64,000 bases of DNA, from NCBI GenBank assembly GCA_973895155.1, contig OZ316893.1, positions 6,720,963 to 6,784,962 on the forward strand, read 5' to 3'. The stretch comes from Marsupella aquatica (Eukaryota > Plantae > Marchantiophyta). The notes under the pieces are model-generated. The model was not told the DNA's origin. It did no database searches and saw nothing but the letters and a program-made list of their open reading frames with translations. Below are positions 39,901 through 51,622 of this stretch, piece by piece; position 1 is the stretch's first letter; each line of letters starts with the position of its first letter. Made by a program: the position numbers and the translations under genes.

Positions 39901-42581
39901 TTGGACCTGCTCTGCCTCTACCACGGGCATAACCTAGAGCTTGCCCCCTGCCATAGTATTGGGCACCAGCCTGGGATCTACCACTACTACCACCTTGCCA
40001 ACCTTGATCAGAGGTCAGCCCCCCCTGCTGGTATGGTGCATGCACAGGCTTCGAAGGCAAAACAGAACTGGCAGGACGCTGCATCACATCACCAACTACA
40101 ATGTCAGGAACTAAGCAAGGTACATATGTGTAGTACTGAACATATGAAACCTCTAAACAAGAGTTTTTAACTCAAAACCTTGTTGGGAAAACTACTTACA
40201 TGTTTCTTTTGGGGCTGCTCTGCAATGTATTCATCTTCATAACCCCCATCCTCATCCATTTCCTCTGGAAAATACTCATCATCTGCATCTTCTTGTCTAG
40301 TGTCTGCACCCACCTGTGCAGCATCAATGTCATCTCCACATTCTGCCATTGTAGGTACGACCTTCTTGCTCAACCTGTCACTCCGTGTGATGCCTAGACA
40401 GGAATCACTCGGCCGGTTAAGTGGGTAAAGCAGGAAGGCACCCTAGGAACACCTTAGTATAGTGACAAAACAAGGAAAATATAAACAATTAGGGGCAACC
40501 ATGGAACCCGGGCAGAGGCCGGAGGTAAGGCTGAGGGTGAAAACCCGATTAGGGTTAGGGCGCGTTAAGCGTCGGCGGCTAGGAAGGATCAACGGGAAGA
40601 AGGACCGGCAGAGGAGAGGGGTAAGGAGCGCTTGCAGGAGATGGTGGCTCATTTGCGAGCACGAACTAGGCAGACGACTACGGGAGGCCAACTACTGTCA
40701 GCTGCTTAGGCAAGCACTCGGGAGAGAGTAGATACCGACGATCAACCTAAGGAGGGTATGAGCAACGTCAATCAAGCGGCACATTTCTGGGGATGCCTGT
40801 TCGAACGGGCAACTGAGTACATCAAGACTTACGAGGACGAGGAGTCAGAAAGGGCAGCTCGAGAATGGCAGGAGCTCGCTCGATTGTGGGAGCTGCAGAA
40901 GACGGCTTTCTTAGGAGGCGAACTCATCAAGGACGAGTTCCTGTGGACGCCTACTTCCAATCAACTCGACGATCTTCTGTTTTGCAAAGACAGCGTCGTC
41001 GGCATCCGAGAGGCCATCAAGAACTGCAACGACATACACTGGGAATTAAAGGGTAGCACGGAAAGGTGGACCCGGGCCGTGGTGATCAAGGAGGTAGACC
41101 CAGCACCGACCCCAGACAGGGTCACGGCTAAGGATCCAACTACCCTAGGGGAAGGGGAGGCCGAAGCCGTGGGAGTGGCTGAAGCCGAAGCCGTGGGTAT
41201 TACCGAGGCCGGTGTCGAGGCCGAAGCCGAAGGTGGACCCAGTCAGGCCGATGGAGAGTTGACTCGGTCAAGGGCAGGTAATCTGTCAGTAGGCGGGCCA
41301 ACGGCAGTGGCTGAGGAGGAAGTATTGGGGGCGTCCATTGAGGATCCACCACCGGTGTCGTGACGGTGCAAGGGCGCCGTTCCTTTTAGGGAGGGCGGAC
41401 GTGGAGGGAGGAGGCGTGAGTGGGCAGGGCGGGCACGGATCTCCACGTTTAGGATTAGGATCAGAACCAGGAGCGGCCCTGACACTTAGCTTAGTGGGAT
41501 TGCGGTCCCACTGGTAGGAGCAACACTTGTGCTCCTGCCTTGCTGTACATAGGTAGATTCGGGCAAGTAGATTACTGTTAAGTAGATTAGGCTTACGATG
41601 CAAAGAATGGCGGATCCACTACCAGGATAAGTACCTGGGCAGCGGGGAGCTCAGGGCCTCTTCTTTAGCAAGTTTTTAGTTTGCACCAGCCGGGCTGGGA
41701 TCAAGTAGTACGAGAAGCTCTCGGTTAGTCATACAGTGACCCTTGTGTATATTCATGTTTCCTCATGCCTAAGAGCTGAATAGAGTTGGCCTCACGGCTT
41801 AGTTCGCAGAACTTGTGTATGAGATGTACTGTTTGTATGGCAAGTGCATGGTATGACTCAGTCAGAATGAGTCATTTTGCTATTTGTGTGTCGCATTAAC
41901 TTGTGTGAAGAGTGCCCACATCAACAGAAGGAAGGAAAGTAAGCAGGGGAGTGAGAGTTGGATGTGTCGAGCTGAGAGAGGTCTTAGCGGCTTAACCAAG
42001 CCTATTGGGGATCATTCCGGCGGCGGAATCCAAACATACCTAACAAGACGGAGGGGAAGACAGGGGAAGACAAGGGAAGGCCTATATTAGGCCGGCTACG
42101 TATCTCATGACCCGATGAAGGATCTGTCCAGTATATGTGTGTAAAATGTTAATAGTAGTGGTAGAAGGTTAGCAGCGTCCCATGCCGCTAAGCCGCGGAA
42201 ACGGCCTCGCCAAGCACGAAACCTGCGGGAATCGGCTTGAGCTGGGGGGTTTCTTGGGGTTAGGGAGCCATGGGACGCACCACACTCCGACGCACAGGCC
42301 CAGAGATAGTGCTGGTCACCCTTCTTGCGTACTCCTTTTGTTTCTTTGAAAATGCTGTGGCTCTGCGACATTCCAATATGAGAATACAGTCACAATTTCA
42401 GTGCCACATTGAACTATTCATGTCACACAAACTCAGCGGAGGGGTGTAGTTGAGAATCGTTCCCTTACAATTCAGCCACATCCTTTTCCAGATCCAGTTC
42501 TGCGATTTTGGCTTTCACGTATGCTCGTTGTTCCGTAGCTTTCCTTTCATACTCACACATCTCTGTGTCACTCTGTTCCAT
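36967..42581 (-). pseudogene. Multi-exon TnpA-like gene (Ptta/En/Spm-type and TNP1-like C-terminal domains), interrupted by a solo LTR
   Basis: 38471-39124 reads PPASCDDKVWARLVAYF...KSSQMTEAR...TGRTG; 36967-37269 reads FHGKRIPPGYSVVLV...LPIP...TLRDAAGSLVLWP. The exon frame ...GPVRR|SDRLSKK is continuous across the LTR. The exon structure is only partly resolved. Confidence 0.7.
40386..42284 (+). mobile_element. Family A solo LTR (1899 bp, ~2.74-kb in-frame internal deletion)
   Basis: CTCCG|TGTGATGC...GCACCACA|CTCCG, a 5-bp TSD. Otherwise nearly identical to 57586-62212. Confidence 0.95.
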
Positions 42582-42737
42582 CCTACTGGACCACAAAAAC
42601 ATGTCATCTATGGTCACCCCGTATAACACAATGCAACCACAATCACCAGGCATCCATCCAGACATCTGTGTTGCTTCAGAATTACTTTATTACACATCCT
42701 TCCCCTCACTAATGTCCATGCAAACAATTCACATTAC

Positions 42738-45700
42738 TCATGGCACAGGCACACTGTTGGCATCTGCATCTCTGAATTCGCCTCCTTCAGCAAATGCATC
42801 TACCCTTGTCACAGGAATGAAGTCCCCGGTATCATGAACTACAGGCACTTGGTCTGAACGCCGACAATCAAAGGCACTATGAGAGTGTAAATGAAACTCA
42901 AGGTTTGATCCTTCCATCCGACGTTGCCTGGCCTGTTTATGACACACTACACGCCAACCTGGGGAGTCTTCCACATCCAGGAAGAAAGCTTGCTCCACCT
43001 GACTAGGAAACACAAATGGCTCAGACCATTCGGGAAATTTCCCTCTGAAATTGGCCAGCAAGAAACCGTCGTTGTCTCTCTTCATGGTAGCCCTGTTACC
43101 AAGCCAATCCTGCCGCACCCATGAACCTTTCATAAGAATCACAGGACTGGACACCGCCCCATAGTCTAGAGCCCATATGTCAACTAATTCTCCCACATAT
43201 CCCATCTCCATCCAGGCCCTGTCGTGATTGTGGCTCTGTTGCTCAAATACAGCGATGAGCCCGCAGTCATTCGTCACCCTGTAGGCACTGTCACCATCCT
43301 TCACTCGGAAGTGATTCCCATATGCTCTCATCCGTTTGTAAGTCTTCACTTTCAGGCTAGGGGCATTAGACAGTAGGTAAACATCTGCATCCATGTCTGG
43401 GTGGGTCTCGTGATGCTCTCTAATTGCCACTCTGATCCACTCCATGAAACCTGGAAAAGTTGTTCCTGCAGTGGGATGGGCCGCCTTCAATGACTCATAC
43501 TCCCTGAACGAACAACCACACAGCATTAGCTTGGGTAAACATGAACAGGCTGAAGGAGAAAACCACACGAACACAACATTTAAGCTCATGAACTGGATTA
43601 TAGCACATGTATGCACTCACTGTATCCAGGGTTCCATCACCACAGTGTTGTGCAATACAAAGTCATGTGCCAAGTCTCTCATAGATATGGTCAGGTTCTT
43701 TGTGGTTGCAGCCCCTTCCAGTACTTCACCTATCACCCCTTCCTCCTCATCAGAATTCCACACCCTGGTCTTCACATGCTCATATTGTGCTATGTATTCG
43801 GTCAGAAATCTCAGAGTCTCATCCTTGATGTAACCTTTAGCCATGCTTGCTTCAGGTTTGTAATATGTTCTCACGTGACCTTTGAGTAGCTTCATGTACC
43901 GTTCCAAAGGGTACAACCAACGAGCACTCACAGGCCCAAATTGGTGTAGCTCTTCCACAACATGGACAAGTAGGTGGGTCATGACATCAAAAAATGCGGG
44001 AGGAAAATAAATCTCCAGGTCACAGAGCACCTGAGCGACATCTTCTGTCAGTTGTGGGAAGTGTGTTTCATCCCAAACCTTCACACAAATACGATGAAAC
44101 ACATCACTGAGTCGCATGATCACAGTACGAACAGGCTTCTGCAACAGGCCCCTCAGGCATAAAGGCAACACCTGTTGCATCAACATATGGTAGTCATGGC
44201 TTTTCATACTACCAAGCTTTCTAGTCATGATATGCTTCTTGAAAGCACTGCCATAGTTTGAAGGAACCTTCAAAGAACTCAACCTCTGCACAAATAGTTC
44301 CCACTCTGTATCTGTCAGAACATAGGGCGCTTGGTACTTCAAGAGCACATCAGCTCTGTGGGCATGTGGCCTCAACCAAAGATGGGGTTTCATTCCCCTC
44401 TGTTCAAGATCCAATCTCACTGAACCAGTGTCTTTCTCTCCACACAAGAATCTGAGTAGACTCTCACAAATATTCTTTTCAATGTGCATAACATCAATGT
44501 TATGTTTGCTTGGCTCAAACTCCTGCATCGTTGCAATGCAAAAGCGTCAGGAAATGCCTCAAGTTTAGTCTCTCTCTTCGAAATGAATGCACATGCTCTG
44601 AACCAAAACATGTATCCCAATTAGCATCAACTCCAAGAGGCTTACCCTCCAGTACTTGAGCTCCAAGTCCAATATGCTCAGTCTTTTTACACCATATCGC
44701 TTTATTGGATCACTCACTCCATCTTCCCTGCCCCCTCGTTTGATATAGTCATCCCTTAGTGCTCCCCACTGCCTGATCTCCTCTTTGGTCACTCGTGCCG
44801 GGGGTCCACGTTGCTCAATCTCATTGCCAAAGTGTGCAATCAGTGCCTGTCTTTCTCTGTAAGGGTGATCTGCCTTCAGAAAACGATGATGGCCCATGTA
44901 TATCACTTTCTGCAGGGCTCTGGAGTACTCACTGGTGACATTGCGCCCACAGATAGTACAAGCACAATATTCTTTTGTTGTTTGGCTTGATATCATCCCA
45001 TGGGCTGGGTAGTCAGCTATAGTCAGAATGACAATGGCTCTAAGGATGAATGGGTTTAACCTCCCAAGCCTCTGTAGGACATCATATGTGAGAACTCCTT
45101 CCTCCCAAAGCTTTCTCAATTCCTCCACTAGGGGAGCCAGAAACACATCTATGTTGGCAGATACAGCACTGTCTGGCCCTGGTATCAGTAGGACCATCAG
45201 AACAAAAAATCGCTTTGTAATCATCCAAGGAGGAAGGTTATAATTCAAAATAGTTACAGGCCAACACGAAAATTTGTTGTTCTTGTCTCCAAATGGGTTT
45301 ACCCCATCCAATGATAGCCCAAGTCTGACATTCCTTGGCTCAGCAGCAAATTCGGGATACATCTCATCTATGAGTTTCCATTGCCTTGAATCTGCAGCAT
45401 GTCGTTGTAGCCCATCATCACTTTTCTTGTCAGTTGCCCAAGTCATCATCTCCGAGATGGCACGGCTTCTGAACATCCGCTGAAGTCTGGGAATGAGTGG
45501 AAAATGACGAAGTACCTTGGCGGGAACCATAGACTTTCCTGAGTTCCGATACCTGTGCTTCCCACACTTAGGGCATGTCAACGATTCTTTATACTCCTTT
45601 CTGAAAAGAACATGCCCATCAGGACAGGCATGGATCGAATCATAGTTCAATCCAAGATTAGATATGCATCTTTTTGCCTCGTACATGTTCTTGGGCAAAA

Positions 45701-46469
45701 TATTACCATCTGGTAGCACAGTTGTTCGCAAGAATGCCAACAACTCAGAAACCAAAACGTTGGGGACATTGTGGTTGCCGCAAATGTTCAGGAACATGAT
45801 GACAAATCCCAGTTTAGAACATTTGCTACCGGGGTACAAAGACTTCCTGCCTTCCTGTATTTGCAGGGGAGAGCCAAACATCCCATCATGCCCAGGGGTT
45901 TCCTGCCCTATCTCAAACTCATCAAGAGGCTCTTCGACAGGGGGCACACTTGCATCTGCAGCCGTATCCTCTTCGTTGTCCAGCCCATCATGAAATGCAT
46001 CCAAGTCTTGGAAGATGTCTCTCACCATCTCTTCCACATGAATTCCTTTGTCACGTGGTGCTGCCTGAGCACCATCCCGTTGGAGAGCTGACAACCCACA
46101 GAGACCAGCTACAACATTTTCAAATGCACCAGGCAGAACCTCACTTGCCCGTCTTGCAGCATTGGCAGCATCAAATTCTAACCTCCACTCCTCGTCGGAA
46201 GAATCTTCCTCTGCAGGATCATTCCAAACTCGATGTCGTGGATCTCTTCCATGAACCGCGATATGCCGCCAAACCTCATTCAGACCCCTGGTACGGGATC
46301 CTTGGCAGATTGCACAAGGACATCTCATCCTACTGGCTCCTGAAAGTCTGGTTCGTAACCTTTCACGCTGCCAAAGCTTATTATCATGGCGTGATTCCCT
46401 TGTGGGATGATGCAAAGGCAGTGCCTGTGCCCTGGGCTGGGTCTGGGGAGGGTGGTGACCAGGGTGCAT
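42738..46469 (-). CDS. CACTA TnpD-type transposase (Transposase_21/DUF4218/DUF4216-like); join(46469..44646,44522..43621,43503..42738)
   Basis: Motifs CPCAIC, IHACPDGHVLF, FAAEPRNVRLGLSLDGVNPF, NYNLPPW, TIADYPA, HNIDVMHIEKN, MKSHDYH, FFDVMTHLLVH, WLYPLERYM and EPFVFPSQVEQAFF. Two GT-AG introns keep the frame and no stops are seen. The start and last exon are uncertain. Confidence 0.88.
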
Positions 46470-46901
46470 TGTAACAGGCTGGGAGCTCTGCAGTCATGGA
46501 CAGCAGTGAACAAGGATGCCTAATGGTGGTATTTGTGTTCCATATATCCCTGACTGTATCTGCCAAAAGAGTTAACATAACGTGTACTAAATTCTCACAA
46601 ACCCTAAACCACCCCAAAAGAAAAAACAGGTTCGCAAGTAGTGTACCTATTGTCAAGTGAATGACACAAAATTCCTAAATGTTGGAGGGTGTCACCACCT
46701 CCTCCGCTGTCCTCAAATGTACCGCCTCTGCATGTACGTTTACAGTGACACCCCCAGGCAGCAGGAAACAACAATCCGCCAACAGTAAAATAAGCCCAAC
46801 TGCCACCAACCATAACAAGGTACATTAGTTCAAAGATCACATTTATTTCAATGATCTGATTTATACAAAAAAACTTGTGTCCAAACTGATGCTACTACTC
46901 C

Positions 46902-47774
46902 TCACTCTGATTCAGAATCGCTAATGACCCATTCCTCACTTGTTGTCTCATAGTCCTCTCTGTAAGGATCCTGACCCTTCCGTGGCCAGGCCTCAAAAAG
47001 ATCATAGTCCATTGGGTTTTGATGCTTCCCAGCTGCTACTGATTCCACAAGCCAAGCATATGAAACCACAAACACATTATGGGACATGACATAAAAGTGA
47101 ATGTCTCCCTTCCCAAACTTGCGGCAGGCTTTGGGATATGACTTAGTAATGACATGAGTGGTGTCCTCTGTTATATTCTCCTCCACTGTCCCACCTAGGT
47201 CAAGCACTGTGGACTTGTACACTTTGCACTTAACCTCTCCAATTCCCGCCTCCACAAATACCATGCTCAGCCCTTTCAGAATGGGGGTTGGTTGCTTCGT
47301 CTCCTCAGCCAACATACTCTTCAGCCTTGTAGAGCTCTGTCCTTTGTTGAGTACAGGTCCATATTGGAGATCAGCAAGCCGTGCCTTTGTTTCCCAGACT
47401 TCTTGTTCAACCCAAGCTGATGCAGTAGCTTCTTCATCCTCCCACAACTCATATTGCTCAGTATCCTGTACAATCTTATGTGCTATGGAATCTGTGATCC
47501 AAGAGGCCTCAACTACTTTTAGGCCTTGCTTAGTAATTGCAGAATTCATGTAGGACCATGACCACTTCTTTATCACTGATAGCCATGTCCCTGCAACAAC
47601 ATGTGTAGTCTCTGGAGTGATGTCCTGAACTACAGTGCCATGGAGCTCAGAGAATCGTTTCTGTATAGTTGGCCAATGCACTTTGGTCAACCCATGCTGG
47701 CCATGGACCAAAATCGCTCTGACCCCTGTAAACACTGCTGGGTGGTCACACTTTCTATGTTTACCAGGCTCCAT
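46902..47774 (-). CDS. Tandem BRCT-domain protein (~290 aa), CACTA cargo
   Basis: Two repeats: FTGVRAILV...LHGTVVQDITPETTHVV...VVEASWITDS and LKGLSMVFV...LGGTVEENITEDTTHVI...VVSYAWLVES. Intact ORF. Confidence 0.85.
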   Translation of the reverse strand: MEPGKHRKCDHPAVFTGVRAILVHGQHGLTKVHWPTIQKRFSELHGTVVQDITPETTHVVAGTWLSVIKKWSWSYMNSAITKQGLKVVEASWITDSIAHKIVQDTEQYELWEDEEATASAWVEQEVWETKARLADLQYGPVLNKGQSSTRLKSMLAEETKQPTPILKGLSMVFVEAGIGEVKCKVYKSTVLDLGGTVEENITEDTTHVITKSYPKACRKFGKGDIHFYVMSHNVFVVSYAWLVESVAAGKHQNPMDYDLFEAWPRKGQDPYREDYETTSEEWVISDSESE

Positions 47775-48367
47775 GTACACACACCCTACGTGATGACAGT
47801 GAATTTTGGAAGAATGGGTTCACCTGACAATACAAGGACAACAAAATTCCTGCTTTTTGAGTTGATCTGGCCCACTGGTGCTCAGGTCCGATTTTGATAG
47901 GTACAAGGGATATGTGAACAATACGTACTAGGCACCTGCACGGATGCAGGACATTGTTTGAATATATACTACAAAATCCATATCCGTGGTGAAATGAAGT
48001 GCAACCAACTTGTCATGGCACATACATATTTTGTTGTAAAGGAGGATACATTCAAATGACAAACTTATAGGGAAATTTGATTAATTGCATGCCTGATAAT
48101 TTATACGCTTACAACTTAGAAGTCCTGTTTTAATTTAGCAGTCTGATGAAAGTGTTTATGAAAATGACCACTCAGCCTAAATACTTCCAAGAAGGCTTGT
48201 AAGGATAAGTTTGTATAGGCATGTACCCAGCCACTGACGCCAGAGCACAAGATAAGTGCTGCCTATATAAACTCGCCTACCCAACTCCTTTTCAAAATTG
48301 GAATCTCTGCAATCTCAAAAAATAGTACATCCACATCAGGTGCACTGTGCATGTACAATGTTCAGCT

Positions 48368-49048
48368 TCACAGCCAAGATATGTGATCTCTCACAGGAGT
48401 GCGCGAGGTAGGATCAATGGCATGGCGATGACAATAAAATATCCATCGATCAACACCATGTGCAGAGTGATCATAGATTTCTCTGTCACAAGCATAACCC
48501 TTTGCTTGATGATCTTTCAGGCAATGATAGTGCCACATAGTGGGACACCTAGCACAGTGGACTATGTCAGTCCAGTAGTCATCATCATGCTCACCACATG
48601 CCTTGCACCTATGAAGTGGGCAAGCTGTGGCATGAGCAGGCAAACACTCAAAACAGAAAAATCTCACACAAAAACGGTCTAGACATTTCCTAACATTTGC
48701 TGCAGCATCAACAGAGCCCTCATAGGACCCCAACTTCCCACACTGTGCACACTTAGCCTGCTTCTCCAAACAATCAGTGCACATCCAGTCTCCCTGGTGT
48801 GTTGACGGGAGGCCCACCCCTGGACAGTTGTTTTCTGTAGCAAGGTCAGACTCCGGGTTGAGGTGGAAATGCCTCATGCAAGGGCCCTCACAAATGACCA
48901 GGGCCCCACCATCGTCACAAATGGCACAACAATGAGCTGCCTTCTGGAAAATCTGACTTGCAGAGAAGTTAGTAGCATCTGCCCCAAGTACACCTGTGTT
49001 TCTCACCTCTGTCACACGCTTTTTGGCTTGAATTTTAGGCCGTGCCAT
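48368..49048 (-). CDS. EDM2/NSD-like tandem PHD-finger protein (226 aa), CACTA cargo
   Basis: CAICDDGGALVICEGPCMRHFH...CTDC...CAQCGKLG...CPLHRCKAC...CARCPTMWHYHCL...YCHRHAIDPTSRTPVRDHI follows the layout of the plant EDM2 PHD region. Confidence 0.8.
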   Translation of the reverse strand: MARPKIQAKKRVTEVRNTGVLGADATNFSASQIFQKAAHCCAICDDGGALVICEGPCMRHFHLNPESDLATENNCPGVGLPSTHQGDWMCTDCLEKQAKCAQCGKLGSYEGSVDAAANVRKCLDRFCVRFFCFECLPAHATACPLHRCKACGEHDDDYWTDIVHCARCPTMWHYHCLKDHQAKGYACDREIYDHSAHGVDRWIFYCHRHAIDPTSRTPVRDHISWL

Positions 49049-49059
49049 GCCTGCGCATG

Positions 49060-49203
49060 AGATAGACTCTACAATTTAGCAGACTGCACAGAAAGTAAAA
49101 TATATTTAGCATTTAAGGTACAAAGGCATTTAGATAGACTCTACAATTTAGCAGACTGCACAGAAAGTAAAATATATTTAGCATTTAAGGTACAAAGGCA
49201 TTT
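49060..49203. repeat. Perfect 72-bp tandem duplication
   Basis: agatagactctacaatttagc...caaaggcattt occurs twice. Confidence 0.9.
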
Positions 49204-49818
49204 GCTACTGCAATGAATTGGAATGGCCACACAAGGATGCAGAGCACACATACTTTTGGTATGTTGAGTCCACACACAAAACTGATCCCCTAATACAATT
49301 TCTCCACCAACACCTCAATTTTAATTGTGGCTATGATTCACCAAAGGAGATCTGCAACAACATTTCATGCATTTGAATCACATACAATAGTCGTGACATG
49401 TAAAACAGGCATTCTTCGAAGAGGATTGGTATGAAGCAGTGTCATAAGGGTTGAAATTTATACATCCTAAATAGGTTATGATAGTGGCTGAGACAAATAA
49501 GTGAGGCATAAATCATTTTGCATATTATCACATGGCCCATTAATTCATTCAACGTTGCAATGTTCACCAGGTTAAAGCAGTCATGAAAGCAGTCTTTCAA
49601 TAGAGACTTTTATGCGAGTTTGCTAGCCTCTTAAATTAGGATATTTTGCTTAGTGCAGGCATAATAGGATATAAGTTATGTACTGTTGACCCTAAACCCT
49701 GGACCCAAAATTGCTCATACATCAAAATTTTAAGTAAATATCCTCTATGTTGAAGTCAGAGTGTTAAGCTATAGGTCAATGGTATCTGGTCTGTGCATGC
49801 GGTGTGACAAGTGGTCCT

Positions 49819-50283
49819 CTAGAGCATGTGATCCAAACATGTGTAGACACCAAAGTCACCGGTGGTGGGGTCTGGGAGGGCAGGACAAGTGACATCACCA
49901 GGCACACTGCAGGATGGCGAGTGGTTCCAGATGATACATTGTGCTCTGTGCAAAAATCGGCATCCAAGAGAACGGTCATCCAATTCTGGGCCAGAAGCCC
50001 TACAGGCAGGACAGTCATATTGGCAACTGTGTACACACCCTTGGCACCTAATTTGTGGCGGGTCATGTACAAGAGACACAAATACCAAGGATGTCGGGAA
50101 GGGTACTGAAGCAGGTAGAGGCTGGCTGTAGTTGTTCCTGGAAACAACAGGGTACTCAAAGTACCATGCAGACTGGGCTGGAAGGATCCCAAGTCTGACA
50201 TACTCAAGGCGCAACATCTCTGCCTTGCGTGCAAGTCGTACATGTTCAGCGTTGCGGGTCCTCACCATAAGTGTTGCTTTCAT
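49819..50283 (-). CDS. Hypothetical Cys/His-rich protein (154 aa), CACTA cargo
   Basis: ATG-started intact ORF co-oriented with the other CACTA genes; CQGC..CQYDCPAC...C..H..C..H...C pattern. Confidence 0.45.
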   Translation of the reverse strand: MKATLMVRTRNAEHVRLARKAEMLRLEYVRLGILPAQSAWYFEYPVVSRNNYSQPLPASVPFPTSLVFVSLVHDPPQIRCQGCVHSCQYDCPACRASGPELDDRSLGCRFLHRAQCIIWNHSPSCSVPGDVTCPALPDPTTGDFGVYTCLDHML

Positions 50284-51279
50284 TGTGATGTCCTCTGTTC
50301 ACGTCCTTTGATGAGCAAGGTGAGCAGGAGGTCGACTTGCCTCGCCAACAGCAACCACCTAAACTAATCAGTTCCCACTCATTGTCTTGGTTCCAACTAC
50401 AGGTCATAGTATACACATAGCATGAAACGTGCATAGTACATATTTGATTCTGAGTTTATGAGTTTCCTAAGACAAAGAGCTTGGTGATAAACCCATATTC
50501 TCGACGGACATGTATATCAATCATATTAAACTCCTGTTTTTTCATCCAGAAAGACCGAAAGTCTCACCTTGCAGGTTGCAGCAGAGAGAAAATTCACTGG
50601 TTGTCGTGTTGTGCAAGTGAACCTCCACTGATGCCCCGGTGTAGCCCCTCAGATGCAGGTGACACTTACCAACTCCCAAGTTGCCTGGTCTAACAGAAAA
50701 TGCTTAATATATCTTCAGAACTTTATAGAGCAAGTACATGATCACATACTTCTGGATCTATTCATATTTGGAACTCTTGCCAACTACAACTCCCATTATG
50801 CACAAGCTCACATCAACAGAGAAAGATACAGAATGCATACTTACTATGGCTCTAAGCACCTTCACTACCTTGTTGAACCCAGTCCTGAAGTCTTTTCAGC
50901 GTGTTTGTTGTGCTGTCTCCTTTGGCACCCAACACCTTAGTCCTTGATGTAACAGAATGCGATTTTACAAGTTAGATGCTTTGGAACCTTCTATGGTCTT
51001 AGCTGAATTGATGTCATCGTAAGTGGTGAAAGACAAGGAAGACGAAAGCTGGTTGAAGAGCTGTGGACAACACACTAGCATGAAGTGCTTCAACCAATCC
51101 ACTGCCAAACGGAACTCTTACACAGTCACATTCTTTTAGTAAACAAAAACTCAGTCAAACTTCAGAATCAAAGTACAGACTCTGAAGGACCAAAGGAGGA
51201 TGTTGTGAGTTTCTCTGTTGTTTAATGTGTTACCCTTCTAGTTTCGAAGTTAGCAAATGCTGAATAATGTGTCTACCAG

Positions 51280-51622
51280 ATCTTCGAAAAGAAGCCCACC
51301 ACAATTAAGAACTTCGGTATCTGGGTCCACGTATCAGAGTCGTACAGGTTATCACAACATGTACAAGGAATATTGTGATACCACAAGAAACGGAGCTGCA
51401 GAGCAGATGTATGATGAGATGGCTTCTTGTCATAGAGTTCGGTTCCCTTGCATCCAGATCATGAAGACTACGACATTCCCTGTCTCTCTGTGCAAGCGAG
51501 AAAGTACCAAGCAGTTCCATGATTCAAAGATCAAGTTCCCCTTGACGTACTGCAAGATTCAACCTCCATTGCGAAAGCTAAAGACGACTTACAAGGCCAC
51601 CAAGCCCAACACAATTGTTTGA
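51280..51622 (+). pseudogene. RPL18A: Captured last exon of 60S ribosomal protein L18a (eL20), frameshifted
   Basis: After a cag| acceptor it reads [15 protein letters not shown], then a +1 shift, then [38 protein letters not shown]...[18 protein letters not shown]...[11 protein letters not shown]. Confidence 0.9.
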
